A stretch of DNA of 44,291 nucleotides from a virus (IMGVR_UViG_3300006639_000010:1-44291), one strand, 5' to 3'. Counted from the stretch's first letter, positions 20,582 through 30,181 are shown. The notes: a model not told the origin generated them from the sequence alone. Numbers and translations: made by a program.

Positions 20582-21103
20582 TTATCCTAGACCTGTCGAT
20601 CCAAAGCCATTGACTCCTCTGGAGGAATGACCAAGTTCATCGACTGAAATGAATGACGGTGTGATGAATGATACAATCAGTAGTTGAGCAATACGATCAC
20701 CGTCTTCAATCGTAAATGGCTCGGTTCCTTCGTTCCTAAGGATGACACAGATGTCACCTCTATAGTCAGAGTCAATAAGACCTGGACTGTTGGGAACTGT
20801 GATGCCTCTCTTAAGAGCTAGACCTGAGCGTGGCATCACGAATGCACACACCCCATCAGGAAGTTCCAGACTAGTACCTGTAGATACTAGGCTAGTTTCT
20901 CCTGGGTTTATTGTAATATTGTTTATGATGTCTGCTCTTAGGTCAAACCCAGCAGAACCCTTGCTAGCTTTCTTAGGAACTCCATGCTTGCTTGCCCTGA
21001 TCTTAATTAGATTAGGAAAATCATAGCTGTAGCTGTTGGCTACAATGGTGCTTGGGTTGGAAACGGTCATTGTATTTGTAAGAAATTCGTTCTTGTTTTC
21101 CAT
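20582..21103 (-). CDS. dut: Trimeric dUTPase
   Basis: AGFDL, PRSGLA, GLIDSDYRG, DRIAQL, RGVNGFGSTG. Confidence 0.96.
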   Translation of the reverse strand: MENKNEFLTNTMTVSNPSTIVANSYSYDFPNLIKIRASKHGVPKKASKGSAGFDLRADIINNITINPGETSLVSTGTSLELPDGVCAFVMPRSGLALKRGITVPNSPGLIDSDYRGDICVILRNEGTEPFTIEDGDRIAQLLIVSFITPSFISVDELGHSSRGVNGFGSTGLG

Positions 21104-21116
21104 TTTTCTTGTTCCT

Positions 21117-21136
21117 CTTCAATACGTCTCCTACTC
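21117..21136 (-). promoter_or_regulatory. Candidate phage RNAP promoter, copy 2 (GAGTAGGAGACGTATTGAAG)
   Basis: 19/20 identical to 35920-35939; at the exonuclease/dUTPase junction. Confidence 0.55.
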
Positions 21137-21856
21137 GTCGCTTAGCGGTTCCCAAGGGTGGGTATCTTCCCCATCCCGTAGGATCCGCACGGCTCTAGCC
21201 ATAGACATGGCATCTTCGTAGGTGTACGCTTGTCCTTCTCTGTTCTTTCGTGTCTCATATAACGCCAGACACAAGGCGGTGTGATTCTTCGTTAGGGTTT
21301 CGTTAAGCAGAGCCTCTGCCTTTTTTGGTCCCATCTTCCAGATTCCTGCCACATTGTCAGTCGAGTCGCCTGTAATCCATTGGCGGTGGAACCACCAGTT
21401 GGCTTGCTCGACTGTCGTGTATTGGATTTCTCCCACAGGGGAGTCTGGATCAACAGGTGGTAGCCACCAATAACCAGGAACTTGTTGTAGATCCTTGTCA
21501 ATGGTTACGCATACCGCCCTGAGGGCTGACTTCTCAATACCCATCAGGTCATCTGCCTCCAGTCTGGGTACCTTGACAGTAACATAGTCACTGATCAGGA
21601 TACCCAGAGCATCTGGGAGATTGTCTGGTGTGGGTCTATCCGTCCTATGCATCTTATAGCTAGGTAGATAATCCCTACGGAAGTTCTCATCCCGTCTGCA
21701 GGATAGCGCAATGACAACCTTATTAATACCAGGAGGTGTCCACCGCTTTACGTCATCGTGTATTCTGCTTTCCAACCAGTCCCCACCCTCAGTGTCTGCC
21801 CAAAAGGCAGCTCTATAGGCAAGGATATCTCCATCAAGTATGGCAGTTTCAGTCAT
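21131..21856 (-). CDS. 5'-3' exonuclease (T7 gp6-like)
   Basis: LDGDILAY, NFR...PSYK..R, LEADD, DKDL.Q.PG, GDSTDN..GI..GPKKA. Confidence 0.92.
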   Translation of the reverse strand: MTETAILDGDILAYRAAFWADTEGGDWLESRIHDDVKRWTPPGINKVVIALSCRRDENFRRDYLPSYKMHRTDRPTPDNLPDALGILISDYVTVKVPRLEADDLMGIEKSALRAVCVTIDKDLQQVPGYWWLPPVDPDSPVGEIQYTTVEQANWWFHRQWITGDSTDNVAGIWKMGPKKAEALLNETLTKNHTALCLALYETRKNREGQAYTYEDAMSMARAVRILRDGEDTHPWEPLSDE

Positions 21857-22559
21857 CCTCTTCCTCTTCTCCGAACAGATCCTTAAAGAATTCCTCTAGG
21901 GTTATCTTCTCGTCTCTCTTCATCTTCTTGCAACCAGCACAGTCGCACTCTACATAAGAGAACGGAGTAGCATCCAGCCAAAGTGGCAGTCTATCCTTGA
22001 GCTTGTGCTGAAAGTCTTCCTTGGTTCCTTCGTTCTTAACGACGAACTCAAAGATGTCTTGATAGTCCTTGTTGCCTAGTTCATATTGGTTTGCCATATC
22101 CTCGGACTCATGCTTGCGCCAGTCGGCGTTGGCTTCTGCCAAGGTTCTGCTACCCTTGCTGATGAGTATGGTCTTGGCACCAATTGACTTGCCAAAGTTA
22201 AGTTCATTAAGATACCGACAGTCATCAACAATAACGACAGTTTCCTTCCAGATCTTGTCCGTTGATTGTGATTCCTGTTCGTCTTTCTTTCGTAGTTCAA
22301 GCCACTTCTCCTTGAATAGATTGATCCAGTGGTCTGGATTCTCCTTACGCCTACCCTCTCCCTCTGCTTGACAATACTTGCGATACTCTTCAGGATTGGT
22401 TTCCTTACTGAAGCCCGCAGCCGCAGCCGCATCTTTGATGGACTGGGCAAAGGGTAGAATGATTGGTCTGTATTCCTGCTTCTTCGCATAGCTAGCAATG
22501 TAGGTAGCAGCAGTTGTCTTGCCTACACGCGCCTGTCCTGCCAGTAAAATCGTGATCAT
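21849..22559 (-). CDS. Deoxynucleoside monophosphate kinase
   Basis: P-loop GQARVGKTT, FA..IK, DDCRYLNE, HESE. Confidence 0.85.
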   Translation of the reverse strand: MITILLAGQARVGKTTAATYIASYAKKQEYRPIILPFAQSIKDAAAAAGFSKETNPEEYRKYCQAEGEGRRKENPDHWINLFKEKWLELRKKDEQESQSTDKIWKETVVIVDDCRYLNELNFGKSIGAKTILISKGSRTLAEANADWRKHESEDMANQYELGNKDYQDIFEFVVKNEGTKEDFQHKLKDRLPLWLDATPFSYVECDCAGCKKMKRDEKITLEEFFKDLFGEEEEDD

Positions 22560-23041
22560 CTGTATAACCTATATAGTTTTGCTGGATGCCAGATCTCTGG
22601 CAGTTTAAACAAACCGCACACATACGATGTGCAGGTTCGTGGTCTTGTCAATCCTAGGAATCTGCCAACAAAATGGTGGAAGATCAAATCCCAGGCACTC
22701 ATGTCCGTATACTTACTTGCGTCATTGATTACCTCGGAGAGATCCAACGAGATCTGACCAACGGGAATCTTCTCAATCAGCACGGCACCCATCTTCTCAA
22801 GGACTTCCTCCTTGTGAACCTTAGCCACACTGAGTCTTCTGTCATTGTACCAAGAGCCAGCACATACCGTGATGGCAATTGATCCAACGTTAGGTACCTC
22901 AATGATTGGTCCGACATGGGTCACATTACTGAACCCAGTCAACCGCATCCATCTTCCATTCCACTTGCCTTGGATTGTCCTGAAGTCGTAACACCCGATG
23001 TAACAGGTGTACTTAGTGAGTCTCCGACCAGTCTCTTCCAA
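22556..23041 (-). CDS. Permuted papain-like (NlpC/P60-type) amidase candidate
   Basis: THVG histidine precedes the TCTSYV cysteine, terminal P..LY; start uncertain (TTG 23041 with GGAG, or upstream to 23077). Confidence 0.5.
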   Translation of the reverse strand: MEETGRRLTKYTCYIGCYDFRTIQGKWNGRWMRLTGFSNVTHVGPIIEVPNVGSIAITVCAGSWYNDRRLSVAKVHKEEVLEKMGAVLIEKIPVGQISLDLSEVINDASKYTDMSAWDLIFHHFVGRFLGLTRPRTCTSYVCGLFKLPEIWHPAKLYRLYR

Positions 23042-24728
23042 TTTTAAACTCCGCATTAATGGGCATTTTGATTCCAAGTCGCGTCCCTGCCTCTATTGCC
23101 GAATCAGTTATGATCTTACCCGCAGCCTCGGCAATGCTTGGGTGAACGGAGAACTGAAGCTCGTCATGCACATAGGCAAGCTGCTTCACCTTGTTGTGAC
23201 CAAAAGCCTTGGTTAAATTCCTGTTGGCTAGGATCATCCAGTACTTGCTGACTACTGCACCGCTGCCCTGTAGCAGGGTATTAAGTGCGGCATGCTTGCT
23301 GCGTACTGGAGCCTTGCGTCCATCTACTAGTTCTACTGTGGATGTCTTGGCTACTTGGAACTCTACCCACTGCTTTACCTTAGCCAATGCGGGTAGCTCC
23401 TTAAGGAACTTCTCCTTGAGGGCTGAACCTTGCTTGGCTGTGCCGTTGACAATCTTGCCTACCTTAGCATCGCCAGCTCCATACAAGAAGCCGTAGATGA
23501 ATGTCTTGGCGTTGTTGCGGGTAGGTAGACCCGCCTTCTCTTGGTTGTGAGTGTGGATGTCACCGTTGAGAATGACATCAGCATATGCACCACCGTCATA
23601 GGAGTGCATATAGTGTGCCAGCATTCTTAGCTCTAGACCGCTGAGATCTGAGCCAAGCAACACATCCCCCTGATGGGGGATCCACAACGCTCTTGCCCTG
23701 TGGTCACCAGATACCTGTGCCAGATTGGGTTGGCTGTGGGTACAACGACCAGTCGATGCACCTTGTACATTGACGAAGCCGTGAACCTTGCCGTCCCTAC
23801 TGTTGGTAGCTCTGGTATACCAATCCTCTACCTGACCCATTAGCTTGATGACATCGAAATATTCCACAAGCTTCTTAGCCTCGGGGAAATCTAAGTCACC
23901 CAGTACAGAAGCATCGACATTGGGGTTGCCGTTCTCTGTCTCTGGTGCAGACCAACCGTACTTCTCAAAGAGACGCTCGGCAATCTGCTTGCGTGACCCA
24001 GGGTTGAACACTTCGATCTTGTCCTTGAGACGCTTGCCTGTCTTGTCAGAGAAGCGAATGTGTACCTTGTCAGGAAAGATAACACGCATGTCATCTTCGA
24101 TCTGAGCCTTGGTCTGCAACAACTCAAGGATCAACTTCTCACCTGATGGTGAATCAAAGTTAAAGCCGTTGACCTGCTGCGTGTTGATGATGTCAGTAGC
24201 CATGTGCTCAAGTTGGGCAACCTTCTCATACTGAGGGTTGCCCTTGAGCCACTTCTGCTGATGGTCATAGATGTCGTGGGCTACATGCACATCCTGTATG
24301 CAGTAGTCGATCATCTCCATCGTCAACTCTTCCCATGTGCCAGTATAGTTGATCTTCTCATTGCCAAGATAGGTACCCCAGTTAGCCAACGAGTTGCCAC
24401 CCAGTGGGTGGTTCTGTAGGTCTGGATACATAAGCTTGCTGATTAACAGCGAGTCATAGATCTTGGCATTGCCTCTGTAACCTAGCATTCTGCGTAGACA
24501 CTCAAGATCAAAGCCGTAGATGTTGTGACCCACAAGCAAGGTTGCTTTGGACAGGTAGTCCAGCAACGGCTTGCCTAGATCAGTACCGTGCCACACATGG
24601 ACGATACGAGTCGCAATGTCCTTGGTAACTACGCAGTGAACCTTGGTGCATTCCTTGACTGGCTTGCCCTTGCTGTCCAGAGTTAGCTCCATAAGAGCAT
24701 TGGATTCGATATCGATTATCAGTTGCAT
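23013..24728 (-). CDS. polA: Family A DNA polymerase (T7 gp5-like, Tyr762 type)
   Basis: Exonuclease DIES and GHNI..FD; motif A DLSGLELR; motif B RNNAKTFIYGFLYG; motif C VHDE; 571 aa, apparently without a thioredoxin-binding loop. Confidence 0.96.
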   Translation of the reverse strand: MQLIIDIESNALMELTLDSKGKPVKECTKVHCVVTKDIATRIVHVWHGTDLGKPLLDYLSKATLLVGHNIYGFDLECLRRMLGYRGNAKIYDSLLISKLMYPDLQNHPLGGNSLANWGTYLGNEKINYTGTWEELTMEMIDYCIQDVHVAHDIYDHQQKWLKGNPQYEKVAQLEHMATDIINTQQVNGFNFDSPSGEKLILELLQTKAQIEDDMRVIFPDKVHIRFSDKTGKRLKDKIEVFNPGSRKQIAERLFEKYGWSAPETENGNPNVDASVLGDLDFPEAKKLVEYFDVIKLMGQVEDWYTRATNSRDGKVHGFVNVQGASTGRCTHSQPNLAQVSGDHRARALWIPHQGDVLLGSDLSGLELRMLAHYMHSYDGGAYADVILNGDIHTHNQEKAGLPTRNNAKTFIYGFLYGAGDAKVGKIVNGTAKQGSALKEKFLKELPALAKVKQWVEFQVAKTSTVELVDGRKAPVRSKHAALNTLLQGSGAVVSKYWMILANRNLTKAFGHNKVKQLAYVHDELQFSVHPSIAEAAGKIITDSAIEAGTRLGIKMPINAEFKIGRDWSETH

Positions 24729-24729
24729 T

Positions 24730-25389
24730 TTATCCCCAGTTGTCTAGAAGAATAGCGAGATCGCCCCCGTCAACAACGCCATTGTTGTTGAGGTCATAGG
24801 GGTTATCCTTGAAGTTGGTTGCGTTCCAATCCTGCAGAATCATAGCCATGTCTGCACCGTTAACCACGCCATCAGCATTGAAGTCTGCTGAACGAACACC
24901 AGTAATGGTTGCATTGGTCAGGGTACCAGTTACTCTGGATCCCGCTACATTGCCGCCATATACAATTGTCTCGGCTAGATAGGCATGCTGTACTGCGGGA
25001 ACCAGTGATACCTCGGTGCTGCCGAAGTTATCGATAACCTCAAATTCAAAGTTAACGATCTGCACTGGCTGCTGAATGTACCAGTAATCACCAAGTACAC
25101 CATAGCCATAGTACATGCCGTCACCATCAGCGGGTGGGTTTGCCTCGGAGCATCCCGTATAGTCCTGCTCGGCAGGGACTACACCACTGACAGCTTCCCA
25201 TAGACTGGGATGTGACCCTTCGTGATTGACCCCGATGAATCGAAGCTTGGTTGGATCCCAACCAAACACGATGTCGGAAACAAAGTAACGAACAGGAACA
25301 TCGGCATAGGCAACAAGTTGTACCTGTACAATCTGTCCTACATTAGCTGGGGTCTGGTTCGCTACCATCATCAGTGAGATTAAATCCAT
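24730..25389 (-). CDS. Cohesin-like domain plus C-terminal dockerin type I protein
   Basis: VGQIVQVQL...WDPTKLRF...F.F.V cohesin-like pattern; paired Ca-loops DFNADGVVNGADM and DLNNNGVVDGGDL..LL..WG. Confidence 0.8.
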   Translation of the reverse strand: MDLISLMMVANQTPANVGQIVQVQLVAYADVPVRYFVSDIVFGWDPTKLRFIGVNHEGSHPSLWEAVSGVVPAEQDYTGCSEANPPADGDGMYYGYGVLGDYWYIQQPVQIVNFEFEVIDNFGSTEVSLVPAVQHAYLAETIVYGGNVAGSRVTGTLTNATITGVRSADFNADGVVNGADMAMILQDWNATNFKDNPYDLNNNGVVDGGDLAILLDNWG

Positions 25390-25570
25390 ATCGTCTGTCT
25401 CTTTCTGCCAACAGTTCGTCGGCTATCTTTGCGATTTCTTCCGCTGTTCGCGGAGTTGCCTTGTCTCTGGTGGTACCAGGATGCAAGGACATTGATAGTG
25501 CGGCACTGGCATACATATCCCAAGCTGATGCTCGCAACAATAGGAACTGAGTTTCAAAACTACTTAGCAT
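25343..25570 (-). CDS. Hypothetical protein
   Basis: Start MLSSFETQ overlapping the upstream stop; A..IADELLAER motif common in phage proteins. Confidence 0.55.
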   Translation of the reverse strand: MLSSFETQFLLLRASAWDMYASAALSMSLHPGTTRDKATPRTAEEIAKIADELLAERDRRYGFNLTDDGSEPDPS

Positions 25571-25889
25571 ATTCTTTGGACAGCTGTGCATAGCGAGCTG
25601 CCATATCCTTGTACTTAGTGTGCAGCATCTTCCGTCTCTCGGTTTCTGCAAGACCTGATAGATCTTGATGCAGACCATTCACGATATCCTTGAGTTCCCG
25701 AACATCCTTGACTGCTAGATCTCGGTAGAATTTAGCGTCTTCAACGTGAGGTTCCAGATACTCCATAGTATCAATACACTCCTGCAGTGATCTTTCAATC
25801 TTGTTGATTCGCTCGTTAGCGTAGTACATGGAAATAATCCACAGAATACCAGCCACTGCCAACGTACCCATCAGTATAACATCAATCAT
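25560..25889 (-). CDS. N-terminal TM plus coiled-coil hypothetical protein
   Basis: Hydrophobic first 22 aa; ATGA overlap with the primase stop. Confidence 0.6.
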   Translation of the reverse strand: MIDVILMGTLAVAGILWIISMYYANERINKIERSLQECIDTMEYLEPHVEDAKFYRDLAVKDVRELKDIVNGLHQDLSGLAETERRKMLHTKYKDMAARYAQLSKEYAK

Positions 25890-27616
25890 TTGACCTCCTC
25901 GGGGTTAAATACTGGGAAGCCTTCGTCATTGAAGGCTACGTCTACTTCTCTCAACCTGCCGCTTGACCTGTCATAGTACAGTGCGGTAGCTACACCAGCA
26001 CGTCCAGTCAATCGGTTCTTAAGAACACGGACAATTGTGGTATTAGCCACAGTGGCATCGGGATTCTGACGGTCACGCTCAAGAGCGATGACGGTATTGG
26101 GAACTGATGCTAGCGCACCAGAACCACGAAGATCCTGTAGGGTGATTCGGTCACCTTCCTCATATGCCTTGTCTGTCTTCTTAAGCTGCGATACAATGTC
26201 CACGTGGACACCAGTACGCACTGCCAGTGAACGCAACTCCTTCATCAATGTGTCGATGATGAGACGCTCACTATTGCCACCTTCGATATCCTTGTCACCC
26301 ATACCCATTAAACCCGCTGCCGCAGCAGTGATGTGATCTAGGATGATGACATCAACCTTGAGGCTGACTGCCATGTACTCCATTCGTGCCAACAGATTCT
26401 GCATTGCGTTGTTGCCAAGGTGATCGTAGATGAACAGGTTTGTCTGACACAGCTTACGCTTGGCATCAGCATACTCGTCATCACTGAACTCGTTGACAAA
26501 GTCAATGTCGATTGGGTTCTTACCCATCTTGATACGAAGCTCGTTCATCATTTGAGCAGCACGGATAGCACGGACTGGCTTGTTAATCATCAGCGAGATC
26601 ATATCGTCCATCGTTTCCTGAGGAGATTCCTCAAGCATAATGGCACCTACTGATCTGCCTTCATCAAGGTGGTGGTGCATCAACTCCCGAAGGATGGTTG
26701 ACTTACCTGAGCCAGTACCGCTAGCCCACAGTGTGATCTCACCTGATCGTTGACCAATGAGGAACTCACTGAGCTTGTCGAATGGGAATGGATACACCTT
26801 GCTGGCGACAAAGTCCACTGAGTCAGCGATGGCTGAGATGTGCAGGATCTCGTCGGGCGAGTATACCTGTGCTTCCCAGATGGCAGACACAACAGCCTTG
26901 CCGTTGTTGTTGACCAGACAGTCGTTGGCATCCTTGAGCGGAAGCTTGGCGATCTTACACTTGCCAGGTGGTAGGATCTCACTGACTAGTTTCGCGGCAT
27001 CCTGACCAGGATCATCCATGTCAAAGCAGAGGACTACTTCCTGATAGGAGGAGACGAACTCAAGGTTATCCTTGATAGCCTTGACAGCTGACTGTGCTCC
27101 GTTTGGCAGAGATACTACAGGCCATGTACCACCAAGCAGTTGGCATACAGTCATGCAGTCGATTTCACCCTCGGTGATGACCAATCGCTTGCCGCCTACC
27201 TTCCATAGATTCTGACCGAACAGTTGCACTGACTTGGGCGAACCCTTCCAGATGAACTGCTTGTCAGGACCACGGACATGCTGCGATACTAGCTCGCCAC
27301 CCTGATCGTAATAGTTTGCAATCTCCACATCCTTGCCATTGACGTTGGCAACCATGTAGCCATACTGGCGACAGGTCTTCTCGTCAATGCGACGATGCGG
27401 CAACTCTGAGAATGCACCCTTCAGGGAATTCGAAAGCTTGCTTGGTTCTGGTTCACTCATATACCCACTAACTCCTCTATGGTATCCACAGCTAAAGCAA
27501 TGGACATGATCATCAGAATATACAGCGAGGTTATCCCCGCTGTTATCGTTACCTTGGCTAGCACATTTCGGACAGCGTTCACGACGAACAACTGTCGATT
27601 CACTCTGGTGTTCCAT
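25886..27616 (-). CDS. DNA primase-helicase (T7 gp4-like)
   Basis: Zn finger CPKC..HCFSC; TOPRIM ITEGEID and FDMD; Walker A SGTGSGKST; DHI, LRGSG, KNRLTG. Confidence 0.96.
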   Translation of the reverse strand: MEHQSESTVVRRERCPKCASQGNDNSGDNLAVYSDDHVHCFSCGYHRGVSGYMSEPEPSKLSNSLKGAFSELPHRRIDEKTCRQYGYMVANVNGKDVEIANYYDQGGELVSQHVRGPDKQFIWKGSPKSVQLFGQNLWKVGGKRLVITEGEIDCMTVCQLLGGTWPVVSLPNGAQSAVKAIKDNLEFVSSYQEVVLCFDMDDPGQDAAKLVSEILPPGKCKIAKLPLKDANDCLVNNNGKAVVSAIWEAQVYSPDEILHISAIADSVDFVASKVYPFPFDKLSEFLIGQRSGEITLWASGTGSGKSTILRELMHHHLDEGRSVGAIMLEESPQETMDDMISLMINKPVRAIRAAQMMNELRIKMGKNPIDIDFVNEFSDDEYADAKRKLCQTNLFIYDHLGNNAMQNLLARMEYMAVSLKVDVIILDHITAAAAGLMGMGDKDIEGGNSERLIIDTLMKELRSLAVRTGVHVDIVSQLKKTDKAYEEGDRITLQDLRGSGALASVPNTVIALERDRQNPDATVANTTIVRVLKNRLTGRAGVATALYYDRSSGRLREVDVAFNDEGFPVFNPEEVK

Positions 27617-27782
27617 TCACATCCTTGTAGAAACAGATGATGTCTCCGTGTAGAATCTGATCTAGGAAGCCCGCAAGACCATCCAATAGTTCCTGCTCGG
27701 TTTCCGTAGCGGTGTCGGCAGATAGATCAACAAGTTCAATCTGCTCACGCAACTGATGCATATCAACTCTTACCCGTCTCAT
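27600..27782 (-). CDS. Small hypothetical protein
   Basis: 60 aa, ATGA-coupled. Confidence 0.55.
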   Translation of the reverse strand: MRRVRVDMHQLREQIELVDLSADTATETEQELLDGLAGFLDQILHGDIICFYKDVNGTPE

Positions 27783-28138
27783 AGCTTCACCAATACTCCT
27801 TCTTGATTTGTGTACCAGATCTCATCGAAGATCTCGGTAACCCATCCTATGCAATACTTGCATGGACGGGACATTCCAACCACACCCGTGGTAGATATCC
27901 TGGTGTTTACCAACACAAGGGAATCACGGATGTCTGCCTTGTGCAATTGCCTGAAGGCATCAAGCTCTGAATGGATGGTTGGATACTTATATCCATACTT
28001 GAGGGCAAGAGGGTGAGTCTTTCCCCGATGTTCCTGACCAACCGCAAGAACCTTATTCTTCCTGAGAACAAAGCTGAAGTGAGTTCGATCCATGTTCTTG
28101 GCATTGAACTTCGCAGCATCTACCAAATAGTCATACAT
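27779..28138 (-). CDS. Zn-dependent cytidine/dCMP-deaminase-fold protein
   Basis: HSE (HxE) and SRPCKYC (PCxxC) motifs; adjacent to thyX. Confidence 0.8.
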   Translation of the reverse strand: MYDYLVDAAKFNAKNMDRTHFSFVLRKNKVLAVGQEHRGKTHPLALKYGYKYPTIHSELDAFRQLHKADIRDSLVLVNTRISTTGVVGMSRPCKYCIGWVTEIFDEIWYTNQEGVLVKL

Positions 28139-28796
28139 CCTTAAGTGCAGACCAACTGATTGGGAACAGTCTGGTCATCTCCTCATCGATTCGGGTTGCA
28201 TAGAACTGAACCTCACGCTGAGCGTGTGCATCAATACGCAGGGCATACATTCTAGCCCAAGCATACAGACTGCCAGTCCAGATCCACTCGGTCATCATTG
28301 ACTGGGGCAGAACTGCCCGTGCCTGTTCTGGACAAACACCATCAGCAATCATTGCCTGATATGCCAGGTTTGTGGCATAGTATACATTGTCCATGTCGAT
28401 CTTATACAGATCGGATGCAGGGTGTGCAGCCTCACTAGAGCCTTGCTTGACGTTGTCTGCCTTACTGCGAAGATAGTTTGGCATCCAGAACTCAGGCTCT
28501 TCGTTGACATAGCGACGAGACACCTCATTCCATGCAAAGCCAATCTGATGCTTTTGCAACTGACGGGCAACAAAGATCGGTGCCTTGAATCTGAACTTGA
28601 TCTGACAATGACTGAAGGGACTCCAGTGATTGTGCTTAGCAAGGTAGCCAATCAGTCTGTGGTTCTGATTGACGGTGAACATGTCTGCATCCTTAGCCAT
28701 AGAGACTCGGGCTGCATCACACACCGCATCATCATCACCCATGTGATCGATGTACTGAACAAGCTCGGGTTCGTCACCCCTCCACATTCTTGACAC
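28131..28796 (-). CDS. thyX: FAD-dependent thymidylate synthase
   Basis: AARVS, HWSPF, APIFVARQL.KH, NEVSRRY, PEQARAVLPQ, HAQRE. Confidence 0.95.
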   Translation of the reverse strand: MSRMWRGDEPELVQYIDHMGDDDAVCDAARVSMAKDADMFTVNQNHRLIGYLAKHNHWSPFSHCQIKFRFKAPIFVARQLQKHQIGFAWNEVSRRYVNEEPEFWMPNYLRSKADNVKQGSSEAAHPASDLYKIDMDNVYYATNLAYQAMIADGVCPEQARAVLPQSMMTEWIWTGSLYAWARMYALRIDAHAQREVQFYATRIDEEMTRLFPISWSALKDV

Positions 28797-28965
28797 TAGG
28801 CTTCTCCTTGATCTTCACATAGGTACGGGAAAGAATGTACAGCCCACACAATGAGGCGGCACAGATTGTAAGCAGCTCTTGGTTAGCGGCATCCTTGTTA
28901 GTCAGGGATGCCAGTACTGGTGCTAGACTTACCCAAAACTCTGTCGTTTGATATCCTGGTTTCAT
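28774..28965 (-). CDS. Small two-TM holin-like protein
   Basis: MKPGYQTTEFW N-terminus and Y..SR..VK C-terminus, a pattern of small phage membrane proteins. Confidence 0.5.
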   Translation of the reverse strand: MKPGYQTTEFWVSLAPVLASLTNKDAANQELLTICAASLCGLYILSRTYVKIKEKPSVKNVEG

Positions 28966-29431
28966 TTTGTTTTCTCATTTCTTCTTCATAGATCCAAGCA
29001 AGATAAGCATCATCATTGCTGTTCTGAAAGGAATCAATCAATTCCTTTTCGGTTATCCGACCGAACCATGCTTCTTCTGGAACAATAGGTTTGTCTTGGC
29101 TACCTTCAAGTTGGTAGACGTAGGCAAAATCAGCATGATGCAGGTGATAGATTGTAACGGTATACTTATCTTTTGCGTATTCTGGATTGATTTCCATGTG
29201 CTTACGCGGTTCAAAGACTTGTCGTACTGCCTTCTTTAGTTCATAGCGAACCCATTTGATGTCTTCAAATGGAAGTGGATCACTGTCTGTATAGTAGTTT
29301 CCAATACTATAGCATGGGTTATTTGCAACCTTGTATTCTGGATACATGGAAAACTTGTAAGGTATGGTAGTTCCATCCTTTGGTCCACCGTTGAATACAA
29401 CAATACTAGGTTCTGTTGGAATTGGTTTCAC
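28898..29431 (-). CDS. Hypothetical protein
   Basis: GTGA-coupled 177-aa ORF with a GGPxDG N-terminal motif. Confidence 0.6.
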   Translation of the reverse strand: MKPIPTEPSIVVFNGGPKDGTTIPYKFSMYPEYKVANNPCYSIGNYYTDSDPLPFEDIKWVRYELKKAVRQVFEPRKHMEINPEYAKDKYTVTIYHLHHADFAYVYQLEGSQDKPIVPEEAWFGRITEKELIDSFQNSNDDAYLAWIYEEEMRKQNETRISNDRVLGKSSTSTGIPD

Positions 29432-29691
29432 TTGCCGTCTTCCATCAAGAAGTTTTTCTCGGTGAGTTTTTCAAATCGCTCGTCAAGATCCTTCTGCATC
29501 TTTTTGCCCTCTTCCGATTCCTTCCATGCTTCGATGGAAGGATGACTACAGGAACAGACCAGTGCTTCATTGGTGTTTGGACCGACAAGCATTCCATCCC
29601 ATTCGTTGCACCAATGCCAACCCTGCTCCCACTCTTCCTTGGTGAGTCCTGTTCCTGATCGGTCAAGTTCGATGTAGCGTTCACGATTCAT
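29428..29691 (-). CDS. Hypothetical protein (MNRERY...)
   Basis: Coupled ORF, WHWCNEWDG motif. Confidence 0.6.
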   Translation of the reverse strand: MNRERYIELDRSGTGLTKEEWEQGWHWCNEWDGMLVGPNTNEALVCSCSHPSIEAWKESEEGKKMQKDLDERFEKLTEKNFLMEDGK

Positions 29692-30010
29692 TTGAATCTT
29701 CCTTTGGCATTCTGTAGTAACTACGGTATTGTTCGTGGTCAATGTTGTTCCGCTTGAGTGTTTCCTCAAGGTGCAGGATGTGCCACGACATACGCAGCAC
29801 GAACTCACGTGTCTCTTCTTTTATCCACTTGTTCTTGATCTGCCATGCCGCATCCAAGATGGCATCCTGAATACGTGGAGAACAGTTGCGCTGATCGTGG
29901 CGTTCGTAGATCATCTTGTCGATAATCTCAGGCTGACCAAATCCATTTAGGATCTTGTAGTATTCATCAAGAAACGGATCTTTCGTGACATTATCGTATT
30001 CATTATTCAC
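29681..30010 (-). CDS. Hypothetical protein
   Basis: AAGGAGG SD directly after tRNA-Arg, GTG start. Confidence 0.65.
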   Translation of the reverse strand: MNNEYDNVTKDPFLDEYYKILNGFGQPEIIDKMIYERHDQRNCSPRIQDAILDAAWQIKNKWIKEETREFVLRMSWHILHLEETLKRNNIDHEQYRSYYRMPKEDSNES

Positions 30011-30027
30011 TTGCTATCCTCCTTTAA

Positions 30028-30100
30028 CATTCCTGGGTGGATTCGAACCACCAACCACCAGCTTAGAAGGCTGATGCTCTATCCGTTGAGCTACAGGAAT
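30028..30100 (-). tRNA. trnR: tRNA-Arg(UCU), CCA not encoded
   Basis: ATTCCTG/CAGGAAT acceptor, GCTC/GAGC D stem, loop CT-TCT-AA, GGTGG-TTCGAAT-CCACC T arm. Confidence 0.93.
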
Positions 30101-30101
30101 A

Positions 30102-30177
30102 TGGTGGTTTCGGTGGGACTTGAACCCACGACTTATGGATTAAAAGTCCACTACTCTACCAACTGAGTTACGAAACC
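30102..30177 (-). tRNA. trnK: tRNA-Lys(UUU), CCA encoded
   Basis: GGTTTCG/CGAAACC acceptor + ACCA, loop CT-TTT-AA, GTGGG-TTCAAGT-CCCAC. Confidence 0.95.
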
Positions 30178-30181
30178 TTAA

